Of a stretch of 35,254 nucleotides of DNA, positions 22,936-34,920 are shown one piece after another (position 1 is the first letter of the stretch; each line of letters starts with the position of its first letter). This DNA comes from Nemertoderma westbladi. Lineage: Eukaryota > Animalia > Xenacoelomorpha. The stretch lies in contig JAUCBJ010003788.1 in assembly GCA_032718475.1 (NCBI GenBank), positions 1-35,254 on the forward strand, written 5' to 3'. Below the pieces are notes generated by a model. That model had not been told where the DNA came from and searched no databases. It saw only the letters and a program-made list of their open reading frames with translations. The position numbers and the translations under genes were made by a program.

Positions 22936-24199
22936 ATGACGGAATTGATAGAAGATGACCTTGGTATTAGAGAGCGATATACTCTACCTTTACAAGCGTT
23001 TGTGGATAGCTTGATACGCGGTGAAGCCGATCCGACTATTACGGAGGACGATGGTCGTTATATCGAACCGCCGATGTCCCAAGAGCAACTTACGCGTGAA
23101 TTGGACTATCGAAAATTAACCGCTCGCTATACGCATCGTAATGGTACGTATATGGACTTCCTAACTACCGGCCATCCTATCGATTTACATGATACGGACG
23201 ATGTATACACCGAAAGGGAAATGGTTCTATTTAAATATTATACCCAGCGGAGTCGTAACGATAAACCGAGAATAGATCACGAAAATTATATTCGTAACAG
23301 ACTGAGAAGACGAACCAATATGCCTAGAATCTGAGGAGATTCAGCCTATCGCGCCCGGAACAACGACAACGATTACCTCCTAGAATGTTATCAAGGTCCA
23401 CAGTGTCTCACTGCGTACGATTATCGCCATGCCAACTATGTTTCTCGGCAACGTTGTCGGTTATGCGCATCGAGAGACCATGTTACGCCCATGGACACAA
23501 ACGTCCGCTGTTCCTATTTCCACGAACAACCGACGATGGAAATTTATTGCGCGTATTACAGACTCAATAACTTGCACATTTTTGCGGTTTGCCCTCAATT
23601 TATGACTCAATGTCACTATTGTCAACTAAAGGGACATGCCAGTTTCGATTGCCCTTTTAATGCTACTGAAGCGCGTCGGAGAATGTATTTCAACCAAATT
23701 CGTACGCAAATTTCTCAGGAGTGTTAATCCTAGCGACCTTCATTCCTATAACTTAATCAATCATATCCGTCAGGATCCGGACTATGGAGACTTGTTTGTT
23801 AACTCACACCCTGAGTTACAGGAAGTATATCGACGGCCTTACGAATACCGAGCCCGCGAACGCGAGTTGGAAAGAACCATTAAACCCCGGAGGTTTCTGA
23901 CTGCCTATGGTCCACCCATGGCTCTCGTTCAGACCACTCGTAAAGGACCCGTAAGAGCGGCTGTCTTGAAACGAGCTCTCAAAGCCGTTAGACCCCTCTC
24001 CCCGGACGTTGATGTCAATCAACCCGGTACTTCGACCGGCGGATATACCGATCGTAATCCCATACCTTCTGATGCAATCATATTGCACCCTTCACCCAGG
24101 AGTTATAGCCCTCCTCGTAAAGTGGCTCGCCCCAAAGAGAAAAGGACTCTTGCTAGCTTTAAAAAACTGCGTAAACGCCGTCCGCGCAAGAAAGACTAA
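22936..24199 (+). pseudogene. Accessory retroelement ORF (~420 aa restored) with CCHC zinc knuckles and basic C-terminus
   Basis: ORFs 22936-23334 and 23491-23727 share a frame separated by a single TGA (23332-23334) with open frame between them. A 1-nt shift near 23695 joins 23636-24199. Motifs: CRLCASRDH...C, CAYYRLNNLHIFAVC, CHYCQLKGHASFDC and KKLRKRRPRKKD. Confidence 0.7.
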
Positions 24200-24269
24200 C
24201 TGTTTAGAGTATTTTTATATTTTAGAAACTGTGATTTTGTATATTTTATAGACTTAAATCCCATTTTCT

Positions 24270-24277
24270 GGGAGCGG
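24270..24277 (+). promoter_or_regulatory. Polypurine tract (plus-strand primer site)
   Basis: GGGAGCGG directly abuts the TG of the 3' LTR, similar to the short G-rich PPTs of BEL/Pao elements. Confidence 0.65.
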
Positions 24278-25459
24278 TGTAAAAGCTTTTGTGGGATAAC
24301 TGATTCATTTGCTTTGCTAACCAGTTCCCCCCAGTCGCTGAATACTCTAAAAAGGGATATCCAGCTAGAGTAATGCAAGCTACCGGCTGATTGGCTGATT
24401 TGCTGTGCGAAGGGATCTGGGTGCTGTTCGATCGGCCAACCAGCTTAGGGAGGTTGCCTCAGCCCTGCTGTCCGTGTCGGCCAATGGAATTTGAGTGGGC
24501 GTTGATTTTGACCTATCCCAGAGCTACTGAACTGAATTTCCTATCTGTATGCTCATCCTCTGTGTTGGACGGGAGCTTCGGGGAATAAGGGTAGTTGGTA
24601 TCCTCGTATATTCATGTAGTCACATGTTTCTGTTGTTGTGTTCCCATTTTTCGCCATAACACCGGCTTTTGGAACAACTCTAGCAAAAACTGCTTAGATT
24701 ATAGAAAGTATAACTGTTACCGGCGGTGTTACCTCACTTAATTTAACTGCACTAATCATATTGTTTGTACTGCTATTTACCGTCAGTTATTAATTGTATC
24801 GATTTGTTGATGAAATATTGTCATTTGGAGAATATTGATAAATCACCCAAATTTCCCAATTTCTTGATACACTACAGGTTAGAGAGACAGGCTATATATA
24901 ACAATGGCGATTTATATCAATGTGGTGTGTATTGAATCTAATGTTATTTAGTAGACACTACCTGAGTCAATTGCTGTTCTCTTTATGCGTGATCAAATAT
25001 ACTGACGGTCGGCAGAATAGTGTGCATGATTGTGAGTGTGATGTGACTGGTAACAAAGCATTTCCTAAAGAATGCGCCTTATACTTTAATCATAAGCCTT
25101 ATCGTTGCGTTTAGTATAAGTCCTAGCTCTGTTTAAATAGATAGAGCGCCACGTCCTAAAGGAACTGTTAATATTTCCCGAAAGTTAATAATATCTGTCA
25201 GAAATTAATTATTAACGATCTATCGAATAATACAATAGGTTTACACTGCAACCTTACACTGCAATAATAAAATTTAAGCAGCCGAATTCAGCCTCCCGGG
25301 TGTAGATCCATCGGGTGAATGATCGCGCATGGGCTGGCTTCGGTTAATGTTTTGTTTATTAGCATAAAATATTGTCGTATGCTAAAGGTGTTTTAATTAA
25401 CTAAAAGACATATAAATTTTGGCAGGTTAAACTGCTAAAGGTCTTCAAAAGCGCGAACA
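24278..25459 (+). repeat. 3' LTR
   Basis: Starts TGTAAAAGCTTTTGTGGG and ends GCGCGAACA, followed by a long G run. AATAAA at 25266. Confidence 0.88.
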
Positions 25460-26235
25460 GGGGGGGGGGGGGGGGGTGGTAATACAGTGTCTCTGAGATT
25501 AGAGTCTGGGAGTAAATAAATATTCTTCTAATTTACCATATTTCTAAATTTTCAGTAATAATTGAATTTTATTTTATAAAAATTCAATTTTACAACAAGC
25601 CGGAAACGTAGACAGTATAACAATAATAAGTATATAATAATTAATATTGACAATATATAATAATATATATAGTCAATTCTAAAATACCCACTCATCCAGG
25701 ATATCCAAAATATACATTACTGCAGTAGTGTATATTTTGGCTCAGTTCATTTGCGCTCATACGGTTTAACACTAAATCATTAATAAATATATATGTATAT
25801 ATATATATATATATGCATTGGCCGATAAGGGCCAGTGCGAATATATAACTTTTGAGCATACCCAACAAACTTGCTTAGATGTAAATGAAATACTAATATG
25901 ATCCACTAGGGGGCTCTAATTAACAAGTAGTGAGGTATGGCCCTTCCAGAACTTTTTTCCTTCTAAAATATATTTTGAAATAGCAATAAATACCACGATG
26001 TTCCACGCAGTGGTGGAAGAAAATAATTGACACAATGGCTCTAATTATAGAGTTTTCTTTAAAAAAAAATAATATAGGTAGAATATAGACGCTGAAACAA
26101 GGAAAAGTAGCGAGAAACAGAAGTGCAAAAATGCAGAATCTGATAATTACATATGTGTCTACTCAACGAATTTCCCTGAAATAAATTGAACAGCAATAAT
26201 TATTGATTCATGAATAATTATTATAACTTTTGTTG

Positions 26236-26463
26236 GGCACAGCTTAGCAAAGTCGAGAATGACGTCCAGATGGGATCGAAGTGGTGACCGCCATTTTGGC
26301 GCTCTTACCATTCCGCTAGCGGCTCAGGCAAAAAAAAAAGGTAGACCTTGAAATACTACCTAATATACCTAGCTCCCATCTGTCAAACCATATCTGCAGC
26401 CACTATATTCGATTCTTTGTTATTATGTGCTTTGCCGTCTCTTGTACTTCACTAAGCTGTGCC
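26236..26463. repeat. Short inverted-repeat element (possible old MITE)
   Basis: GGCACAGCTTAG...GAGAATGACG pairs with CGTCTCTTG...CTAAGCTGTGCC. Confidence 0.4.
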
Positions 26464-27009
26464 AAAGGGAAGGTTTGATAATTTGCACAAATACAACATG
26501 AATACACATGAATAATTATGGAAACTTGATTCATTTAGCGGCCACTACAGTTTAACAAAACATAGTTTGAAACCTAAAAAACAAGGAAATATACTTTAGG
26601 ATTACAATGTTGCATGCTATTTAAGGTATGTATGGTATGGTATATAACTATGCTTGGCATGGTATCGTCCGACCCTTAGTCTTAGGGCATGCTACAGTTT
26701 ATGTTTGGTTTGCTGATATAAGATGTATGCTATGCATGCTATGATAACTAACTGTAGATGTTATGTTAGGTATGTATCCTAACATTTCACGACTACTAGA
26801 AACGATATTCTAGTGACAGGAATATAATCCATTAGCAGTTAGTATTGAAAACATTTTCCCCCCTTACAAATTCAGTATGTGCTACATTATTATAGCCATT
26901 ATTTATGTGCCTCTATAAATTTCATTATTATTCTATATCTATAATATTGTTATAGGGCCTATTCTATATTTGTCATTGTCTCTCGACGAGCTGAATTATT
27001 ATATAGTTA

Positions 27010-27085
27010 TGCATTATGTTATGTTATGTATGTATGCTATGGTATTATACTATGCTATGCTATGCTATGCTATGCTATGATATGA
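27010..27085. repeat. (TATGC)n / (TATGT)n microsatellite
   Basis: Pentanucleotide run, with a degenerate relative at ~26610-26780. Confidence 0.8.
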
Positions 27086-27540
27086 CATTTCCTTCATTGC
27101 GTGTATCCAATGGGAGATTTGTCTTGAAGGACCCAGACCAATTTAAATGGCCCTTAGGAACAGTGTCTACTGAGGGCCATTTAAGTGGCTCCAATGAGAC
27201 ATTGTCTTGAATGGGCCACTTTAACTTTTTACCCTTTTTACACCTTTAACCCTATTCACACCGGAAATAATAATATAAAATTTACTCTTATTAGCGTGCT
27301 TAAAATCACATTTTTAGGTTTTCTGGGGCGCTGATTATAAATATTCCAATTTCTTGGGAAGTTTTTTTTATTAAAATTTTGTTATTAGTTTTGTTTATTA
27401 TTAATTTGGCACACACCTCCGAAAAATACAATTTGAAATGTCTAAAGCCGTTTTTATTTATTCCAATGAATTCAGAACCAACGTAAAACACATGTAATGC
27501 GAGAAACAAGATGTAGAAATCAATTCGTATCTATTGCCAT

Positions 27541-27922
27541 CTAGGGCCATTTTACATTTAAGTGGCTCAAATGAGACATTGTCTTAAATGGGCCACTTCC
27601 TTGTAAATGGCCCTTACAAACATTGTTTACTGAGGGCCATTTTACATTTAAGTGGCTCAAATGAGACATTGTCTTGAATGGGCCACTTCCTTTTAAATGG
27701 CCCTTACAAACATTGTTTACTGAGGGCCATTTTACATTTAAGTGGCTCAAATGAGACATTGTCTTAAATGGGCCACTTCCTTTTAAATGGCCCTTACGAA
27801 CATTGTCTACTCACTACTGAGGGCTATTTTATATTTAAGTGGCTGTGGCTCAAATTGGGCATTGTCATGAATGGGCCACTTCCTTTTAAATGGCCCTTAG
27901 GAACATTGTCTAATGAGGGCCA
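27541..27922. repeat. 90-bp tandem repeat (~4 units), plus a detached unit at ~27105-27222
   Basis: GAGGGCCATTTTACATTTAAGTGGCTCAAATGAGACATTGTCTT(G/A)AATGGGCCACTTCC... repeated. Confidence 0.9.
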
Positions 27923-28061
27923 CAATCATTAATATAGGAATTGAATTGCCGTAATACAATAGGTTACTTTAGGTAGCAACCTCCCCCTCCCCCCCCCCCC
28001 CCCCCCCCCCTCATAAGCGTGAGCGCAACCAACTGACAAAGACAACATTTTCACCCCTTTG

Positions 28062-28762
28062 TACCATCCTTTGAGCTTATACTCATCCGATCAGAGACTT
28101 GCTGAGGACTTTCAAAGTTAACTGTCAGAATTTTGGTCTTTCTGGAGTTAATAAAAAGACCAACACTAGAAGCAGCATGGACTCCCGTAGAGGAGTACTG
28201 GAACTACTGCTGCTCTAAATAATCGGACCTTAAGTTTCCGATTAATTCTCGGAGACTTCCAAATCCTGGAAAGCCTATTCAAGGCTGCCCATGCCTTTCC
28301 CTTACGTATTCGAAGGTCCTCACCTGACTTCCGGATCCATGATCCCAGGTAACAGAAGTCGTCCACATACTCAAGCATACCATCCTTTGAGCTTATACTC
28401 ATCCGATCAGAGACTTGCTGAGGACTTTCAAAGTTAACTGTCAGAATTTTGGTCTTTCTGGAGTTAATAAAAAGACCAACACTAGAAGCAGCATGTTCTA
28501 ATGAGCTGAGGAGCCGTTGGGCTCCCTCTAATGATTCTGAGAGTACTCCTAAGTCATCAGCAAAGTCTAGATCAGTTAGGTACTTGGCAGGATTTCCTCG
28601 ACTTCTGGAGCCAGTAGGTGGAGTTATCATCACCCCATCATCATTATAATGATCTAAGGACATGCGTAGAACATAGTCAACCACAATAATGAACAAGAAT
28701 GGTGCAAGTGTGTCTCCTTGGAGGACGCCCCATAACACTTCAAATGGTTCTGTGTCACCGTC
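28062..28762 (-). mobile_element. Non-LTR retrotransposon reverse transcriptase fragment (RTE/RTE-X-like)
   Basis: DGDTEPFEVLWGVLQGDTLAPFLF, LTDLDFADD, GLFINSRKTK, FCYLGS and KVRLFRAAVVPVLLYGS match the later RT domains and thumb. It is truncated at both ends. Confidence 0.9.
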
Positions 28763-28765
28763 AAC

Positions 28766-29518
28766 TTATTAACTTATAAGGCGATGGGCAAATGGCAAGG
28801 CAAGCAGTAGAAGCCACCTTTGCCTCACATCTCTGATTGTAATCCCAATTATCCTTCCCCCTGTCTTTTCCGTTTGACACATGTCTGTCTGCCAGTCTAT
28901 TTCTGCCAATAGACATCAATAAAATTAATTTATGAATTTAGGGCCATATTTTATATTTTGATATTATAAAGGGGCCACTGTTAATAAATTTAAAGTAATT
29001 AACTGTAGATTATGAACTCAATCTAACATGGGTGTATTTTCCTGGGAAGGCCATTTAATATATTTGTTTTAGGTTTTAGGGCCATTTCATATCTCTGTAT
29101 TTCTAATTTCAGGGCATATTCTAAGGAAATCTTGATATCGCACTTCACTTGGGATTTCACTTCACGATGGGCACTTCAGTGGATGTAGACCTATATTTTT
29201 TATTATATGATAAAATAACTGTTGTTAACAACGGTGGGACTGGGAAGTATTGGGGGGGGGGGGGGGGGGGGGAGTAACATCGTGCCCGTGTGTGTCTGAG
29301 TCTGTATTCACAGAAATACTCAATATTCAAATCCCTTAACTTTTCCTAGAATTAACATACGTTTTTAATGACTAAATCTGAAACATTTTGAAATCTTAAA
29401 CTATATTAGAAAGTTATTTTTTGTGGTACTAATTATCGTCTGGTGTGTTTAAAAATGGCCAAACCAAATAATTAAAAAAATAGGCCACAAAATGGCACTC
29501 TGCTGTGGCCAAAAGTGC
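28766..29518 (+). repeat. ~750-bp block, direct copy 1
   Basis: Near-identical to 32294-33044, differing by a handful of substitutions/indels and G-run length. Confidence 0.93.
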
Positions 29519-30046
29519 CTTTTTTTGCCGTGACAGTGGAACATATGGTGAATGGTGAATCCCCCCCCCCCTTCTCCATAATTTTAGTCATTCAAAACGT
29601 ATGATATGAATTTTAAGAAACGTTTCAGATTTCTGTTTCCCAGAAAAGGTATTCTGCAGATCAGATCGGGATCGGGTCTGCTCATTAGATTATATTTGAA
29701 CAATATATCAGGGAGCTAATTATCGGTAATCAAAAACAAAAGCGACCATTGTGATTCTATAAAAATGTCCTGTATTATATCCTTGCAGTAATTGAGATCA
29801 CCGTGATTTCATGAAAAGATCCAAAGTATGTTAGGTTACCATCCTTTGGAACTAGCGCGAATATCATTTTGATTTTTTGAGTGAGTTCTGCACGTGTATT
29901 TAGGTTGAATGAGTTCCAAACACTTGAGACCTCGCCGACCTGGGGGGGGGGGGGGAGACACCATCTGTTCCACTGTCACGGTTGGTATCAATGCTCTATG
30001 CAGCAATCATGACTCCGGCAAAGAGTATGTGATTATAGTGCGTATA

Positions 30047-30909
30047 TCTGTGAATACAGACTCAGACACGCACGGGCACGTTGTACTGTTTCACAGAGTT
30101 ACCCCCTCCCCTCATATTTCCCACCGTTGTTTACAGCAGTTATTGTATTATATAATAACTAATATCCACCCAAATCCCAATTGAAATGCGAGATATCAAG
30201 ATTTCCTTAGAATATGCCCTGATTTAGAAATACAGACATATGAAATGGCCCTAAAACCTAAAACAAATATATTAAATGGCCTTCCTAAGAAAATACACCC
30301 ATGTTAGATTGAGTTCATAATCTACAGTTAATTACTTTAAATTTATTAACAGTGGCCCCTTTATAATATCAAAATATAAAATATGGCCCTAAATTTATAA
30401 ATTAATTTTATTGATGTCTATTGGCAGAAATAGACTTGCAGACAGACATGTGTCAAACGGAAAAGACAGGGGGAAGGATAATTGGGATTACGATCAGAGA
30501 TGTGAGGCAAAGGTGGCTTCTACTGCTTGCCTTGCCATTTGCCCATCGCCTTATAAGTTAATAATAAAAGTAAGTAATAATAGTAAAGTGAAATCCTCCT
30601 CCAGTTTCGTTATTTATGATACGTTTAAGCTGAAACTTGTGAAATCAATACTATAATACAACCTGCGCTGCATCATTGGGGAGAAACTGATCCATATGCA
30701 GTTCCCCAGTCCACTCCTAGAGGGCCAAATACTCAACATTTTTACCTTCGATATTTCGTATTTTATAATCGTTTTGATGTGACACCTGGCAATCATTATA
30801 TTAATAATTAAGGTGCATAATACTAGCTCAGGCACATTTTCCATACAAAAACATGTAGTTTTAATCTCTGTTAAGAAATTTCAGATTATAACAAACTCAG
30901 CATATTATA
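30047..30909 (-). repeat. Left arm of a long inverted repeat (pairs with 31937-32840)
   Basis: The reverse complement is collinear with 31937-32840. Mirrored ORFs (MMSIGRNRLADRH..., MENVP...) appear on opposite strands in the ORF track. Confidence 0.9.
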
Positions 30910-31936
30910 TGATGTTATCGACGCAGATTCCATTTTTGCCAAATCTAAGGCTGCCTGACTGGATTGTGAGATGGTTAGAGGGGTCTGGATCAAGCCTTTG
31001 CACGCCGGATAGAAATAATTATAGAACATAAGGGAACACACGAGAACACAGTTAGAACATAATCCATAGGTCCGATGCATCCATAGGTCTACGTTTCATT
31101 TGACGACAAAAATTATTAGAGTTATTCTTCAAGGATCTTATAATTCTTAATACATCTCCAGATACCTTTTTATCCATTAGAGACAATATTAGGGGTGAGT
31201 ACAAAATAAAGAACCAAGGCCCAATTGAGTAACCTGCATAATCTTGTAAAATGTGTTAACTTTCGTTTATTGTTTTGGTTCCGCCAACACGCTTCTGTAA
31301 CCTGCTCCTTTACTAACTTGCTCCTTTAAATGGCAATGGGACTTAAAGCGACTTTACCTCTTTGTTTTGTACACTCTAGGGTCTTTGGTCTTAACATTAA
31401 AACTATAATTATTGCTAGCCCTAAAATTAGTTAGAATTAAAACCCAATAGCGCTCAAGGTCTACATTTGTAGACCAAAAGTAGGTGTTATAATTATTTAT
31501 GTTGTTATGTTGTTACTCGAATGGGTTTTTGAACAACACATTCGTAGCAAGAAATTGATGTATGCAAGCGCATACATCACTGAAACTGATCATTACACAT
31601 CATCATTAAATAAATTTCCGTATTAAGAAAAAGAAAATGTCTTATACGAAGTAGAATCGAAAAATCTAAAATTTGTCTCTCCGGAGAAGCGCCATGCCCC
31701 TCTTGAAGCACCCCGTAAAATGAACTCAATCTAACATTGGTGTATTTTCCTAGGAAGGCCATTTAATATATTTGTTTTAGGTTTTAGGGCCATATCTCCG
31801 TATTTCTAATTCAGGGAATATTCTAAGGAAATCTTGATATCACACTTCAATTGGGATTTTGGTGGATATTATTTATTATATAATACAATAACTGCTGTAA
31901 ACAACGGTATGGGAGGTATGAGGGGAGGGGGTTAAC

Positions 31937-33044
31937 TATAATATGCTGAGCCTGATATAATCTGAAATTTACAGGTACAGAGATTATAAATGCACGTTTT
32001 TGAATGGAAAATGTGCCTGTGCTAGTATTATGCACCTTAATTATTACTATAATGATTGCCAGGTGTCACGTCAAAATGATTATAAAATATGAAATATCGA
32101 AGGTTTTAAATTTTATGAAATTTAAAACTGCATATAAAAAACTTAAAAATCTGCATAGGCCCTATGGATCAGTTTCTCCCCAATGATGCAGCGCAGGTTG
32201 TATTATAGTATTGATTTCACAAGTTTCAGCTTAACGTATCATAAATAACGAAACTGGAGGAGGATTTCACTTTACTATTATTACTTACTTTTATTATTAA
32301 CTTATAAGGCAATGGGCAAATGGCAAGGCAAGCAGTAGAAGCCACCTTTGCCTCACATCTCTGATTGTAATCCCAATTATCCTTCCCCCTGCCTTTTCCG
32401 TTTGACACATGTCTGTCTGCCAGTCTATTTCTGCCAATAGACATCAATAAAATTAATTTATGAATTTAGGGCCATATTTTATATTTTGATATTATAAAGG
32501 GGCCACTGTTAATAAATTTAATAGTAATTAACTGTAGATTATGAACTCAATCTAACATGGGTGTATTTTCCTGGGAAGGCCATTTAATATATTTGTTTTA
32601 GGTTTTAGGGCCATTTCATATCTCTGTATTTCTAATTCAGGGCATATTCTAAGGAAATCTTGATATCGCACTTCACTTGGGATTTCACTTCACGATGGGC
32701 ACTTCAGTGGATGTAGACCTATATTTTTTATTATATGATAAAATAACTGTTGTTAACAACGGTGGGACTGGGAAGTATTGGGGGGGGGGGGGGGGGGGAG
32801 TAACATCGTGCCCGTGTGTGTCTGAGTCTGTATTCACAGAAATACTCAATATTCAAATCCCTTAACTTTTCCTAGAATTAACATACGTTTTTAATGACTA
32901 AATCTGAAACATTTTGAAATCTTAAACTATATTAGAAAGTTATTTTTTGTGGTACTAATTATCGTCTGGTGTGTTTAAAAATGGCCAAACCAAATAATTA
33001 AAAAAATAGGCCACAAAATGGCACTCTGCTGTGGCCAAAAGTGC
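31937..33044 (+). repeat. Right arm of the inverted repeat, including direct copy 2 of the 750-bp block
   Basis: See 28766-29518 and 30047-30909. A further partial copy lies at ~31719-31935. Confidence 0.9.
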
Positions 33045-33866
33045 ATTTTTGTGCAAAAGGTATTCTGAACAAGTGTCAACATTTCTGAACAAATTTCAAA
33101 TCATTCCAGCAAAAATCGGCGGAGAAATAGCCGATTTCATGACAAAATATAATTCTTAGTTAAAGGTGTTTAATATGTCGCTTCATTTCTAAATTTAATA
33201 TGTAGTCTGCGAAAATAACAATATTACGATCCATCGGTATTGTCTTATTTGCTTACATTTCATAATATCGATCTTACGATTTATATTTTCATTAACTTTT
33301 TTTATTTTCTGAATTTATTTACTATTTCTCACTGAAAGTGGACATGTTTATTGAATTTTAATAGCAGCAAAATGGCCTACTTTAGACCATGTACTTAAAA
33401 GGCCATTAAAAAGGATATGGCCCCTACAAAACAATGCCCCCTGTCCTAAAGGCCTGTTTACACGTGGCAACTTTTAGAGCAACTTTCTCGGCAACTAGCA
33501 ATGTGTTTGGAGCAATTTAATTTAATCGCTGTTTAATGTTTACACGTGCCAACTTTACCAGCAACTTCACCAGCAACTTGGCCGGAAACTTTTATAGCAA
33601 CTTGGCTATTTTGACTGTAAAATAGTGGATACTGTTTCAGTATGCATACACCCCTCACCAAATTATATATACTAGCTAGTTTTTGATAATTTATTTTTTT
33701 TGAAATTTAGCCATTTTATTTTGAAAAAATTAATGTTCTAGAACAAATATTTTTTTAGACAAAGGCCTGGTTAGTATTTAAAAAGAACGGGATGGATATA
33801 ATACGTATATAAAATGAATAAAATAACTTTTTAGGCCGCGTTCACACTACCGAGTCAAAGTCAAAG

Positions 33867-33960
33867 TTAACCCTATTAAACCCGGGTGGAGGGGGCCAAT
33901 ATGACCCCCCCCCCCGTGGTTTTTTTTATTATAATTCTGAAACAAACGCAGTTGGGAATC
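33867..33960 (+). mobile_element. Probable piggyBac-like non-autonomous element left end
   Basis: TTAA|CCCTATT followed by a GGGGG...CCCCC stem. A similar TTAACCCTATT occurs at ~27246. The matching right end is not seen. Confidence 0.4.
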
Positions 33961-34139
33961 TGAAATTTTATGACTTTTCCTAAAAATCTATTGTATTCCT
34001 AGTAGTGAAAACTGTTTTCAAAAATATTGGGTACTTTTCGAGTTATAGCACCATTTTTTAACTCTACTTTTGGCACTTTTTTTGAAACGTTTTTTGAAAA
34101 TTACATTTCATTAAATATGAATTGTAACATCTCTATTTT

Positions 34140-34920
34140 TTATTTACACCGGTTTTTTGGTCTTAGCAATTGGATGGAATACATATAAATTGATTTAGAA
34201 ATTTCAAACTTGTTTTTTTCGGCGGGTGCCAAATTTTGGTGCCTGCACCAAATTTTGAAATATGTGAATTTTGTAAATTGATTGTTTGAAACTTGTTTTT
34301 TTACGCAATTGGGGTTTTTTGGGGTTCTGTTTTCGATGAAATATATACGAGTTGCACCAAGCGTATCAAACTTGTATTTTTCGGTGCTGTGTGCAAATTT
34401 TGGTGCTAGCACGAAATTTTGAAAATCCATTCAATAGATAAAATTGCTTGTGACAATTTATTTCTTGCATTTTAGAGGTTTATGGCTGTTCTGAATTCAA
34501 TGGAATATATAATTATCGAACTAGACATCTCAAACTTGTATTTTTCGGAAGTGGGTGCAAAATGTGGTGCTAGCACCAAATTTTGAAAACCATCAAATAT
34601 ATCAATTGATTGTGCCATCTTGTTTCTTGCGTTATACGGGTTTGTTAGGGTTCTGAATTCAATGGAAACAGTAAAAATTTCATAAGAGTTTTCAAACTTG
34701 TATTTTTCGCCGGTGGGTGAAAATTGTTGTGCCAGCACCAAATTTTGGAAAATGAGTAAATTGATCAGTAGATAGTATCATCTTGTTTCTTGCGTTATAC
34801 GGATTTATGAGGGTCCTGAATCCGATGGAATCAATAAAAACAGCACTGGACATCGCAAACTTGTACTTTTTGGTGATGGGTACGAAATTTGGTGCTAGCA
34901 CCAAAATTTGTCAAATTACG
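34140..34920. repeat. Diverged ~163-bp tandem repeat (5 units, further remnants to the window end)
   Basis: CAAACTTG anchors at 34205, 34367, 34531, 34693 and 34856, each followed by ...TGGTGCTAGCACCAAATTTTG-like sequence. Confidence 0.85.

Larger units (their letters stand above)
13081..25459 (+). mobile_element. BEL/Pao-type LTR retrotransposon, non-autonomous (gag-protease kept, RT/IN deleted, extra 3' ORF)
   Basis: Two ~1.2-kb direct repeats starting TGTAAAAG and ending ...GAACA. BEL-type gag, protease and pol remnants lie between them. A GGGAGCGG purine tract abuts the 3' repeat. Confidence 0.92.

Noticed and set aside
22936-24199. env gene or captured nanos gene
   Set aside because: No signal peptide or TM segment for env, and the knuckle spacing differs from the Nanos CCHC pair.
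25451-25465. GCGCGAACAGGG as a tRNA-Lys primer-binding site
   Set aside because: Only partial resemblance, lacks TGG, and lies at the 3' LTR end where the Gs belong to a homopolymer.
29909-32865. Short ORFs recurring on both strands (MMSIGRNR..., MENVP..., MHNTS...)
   Set aside because: The recurrence reflects the inverted repeat. Copies differ by frameshifts and show no protein motifs.
33451-33605. Complete PIF/Harbinger-like MITE (GGCCTGTTTACACG, GCAACTT repeats)
   Set aside because: Only one terminus-like sequence is seen, with no matching inverted end or TSD in the window.
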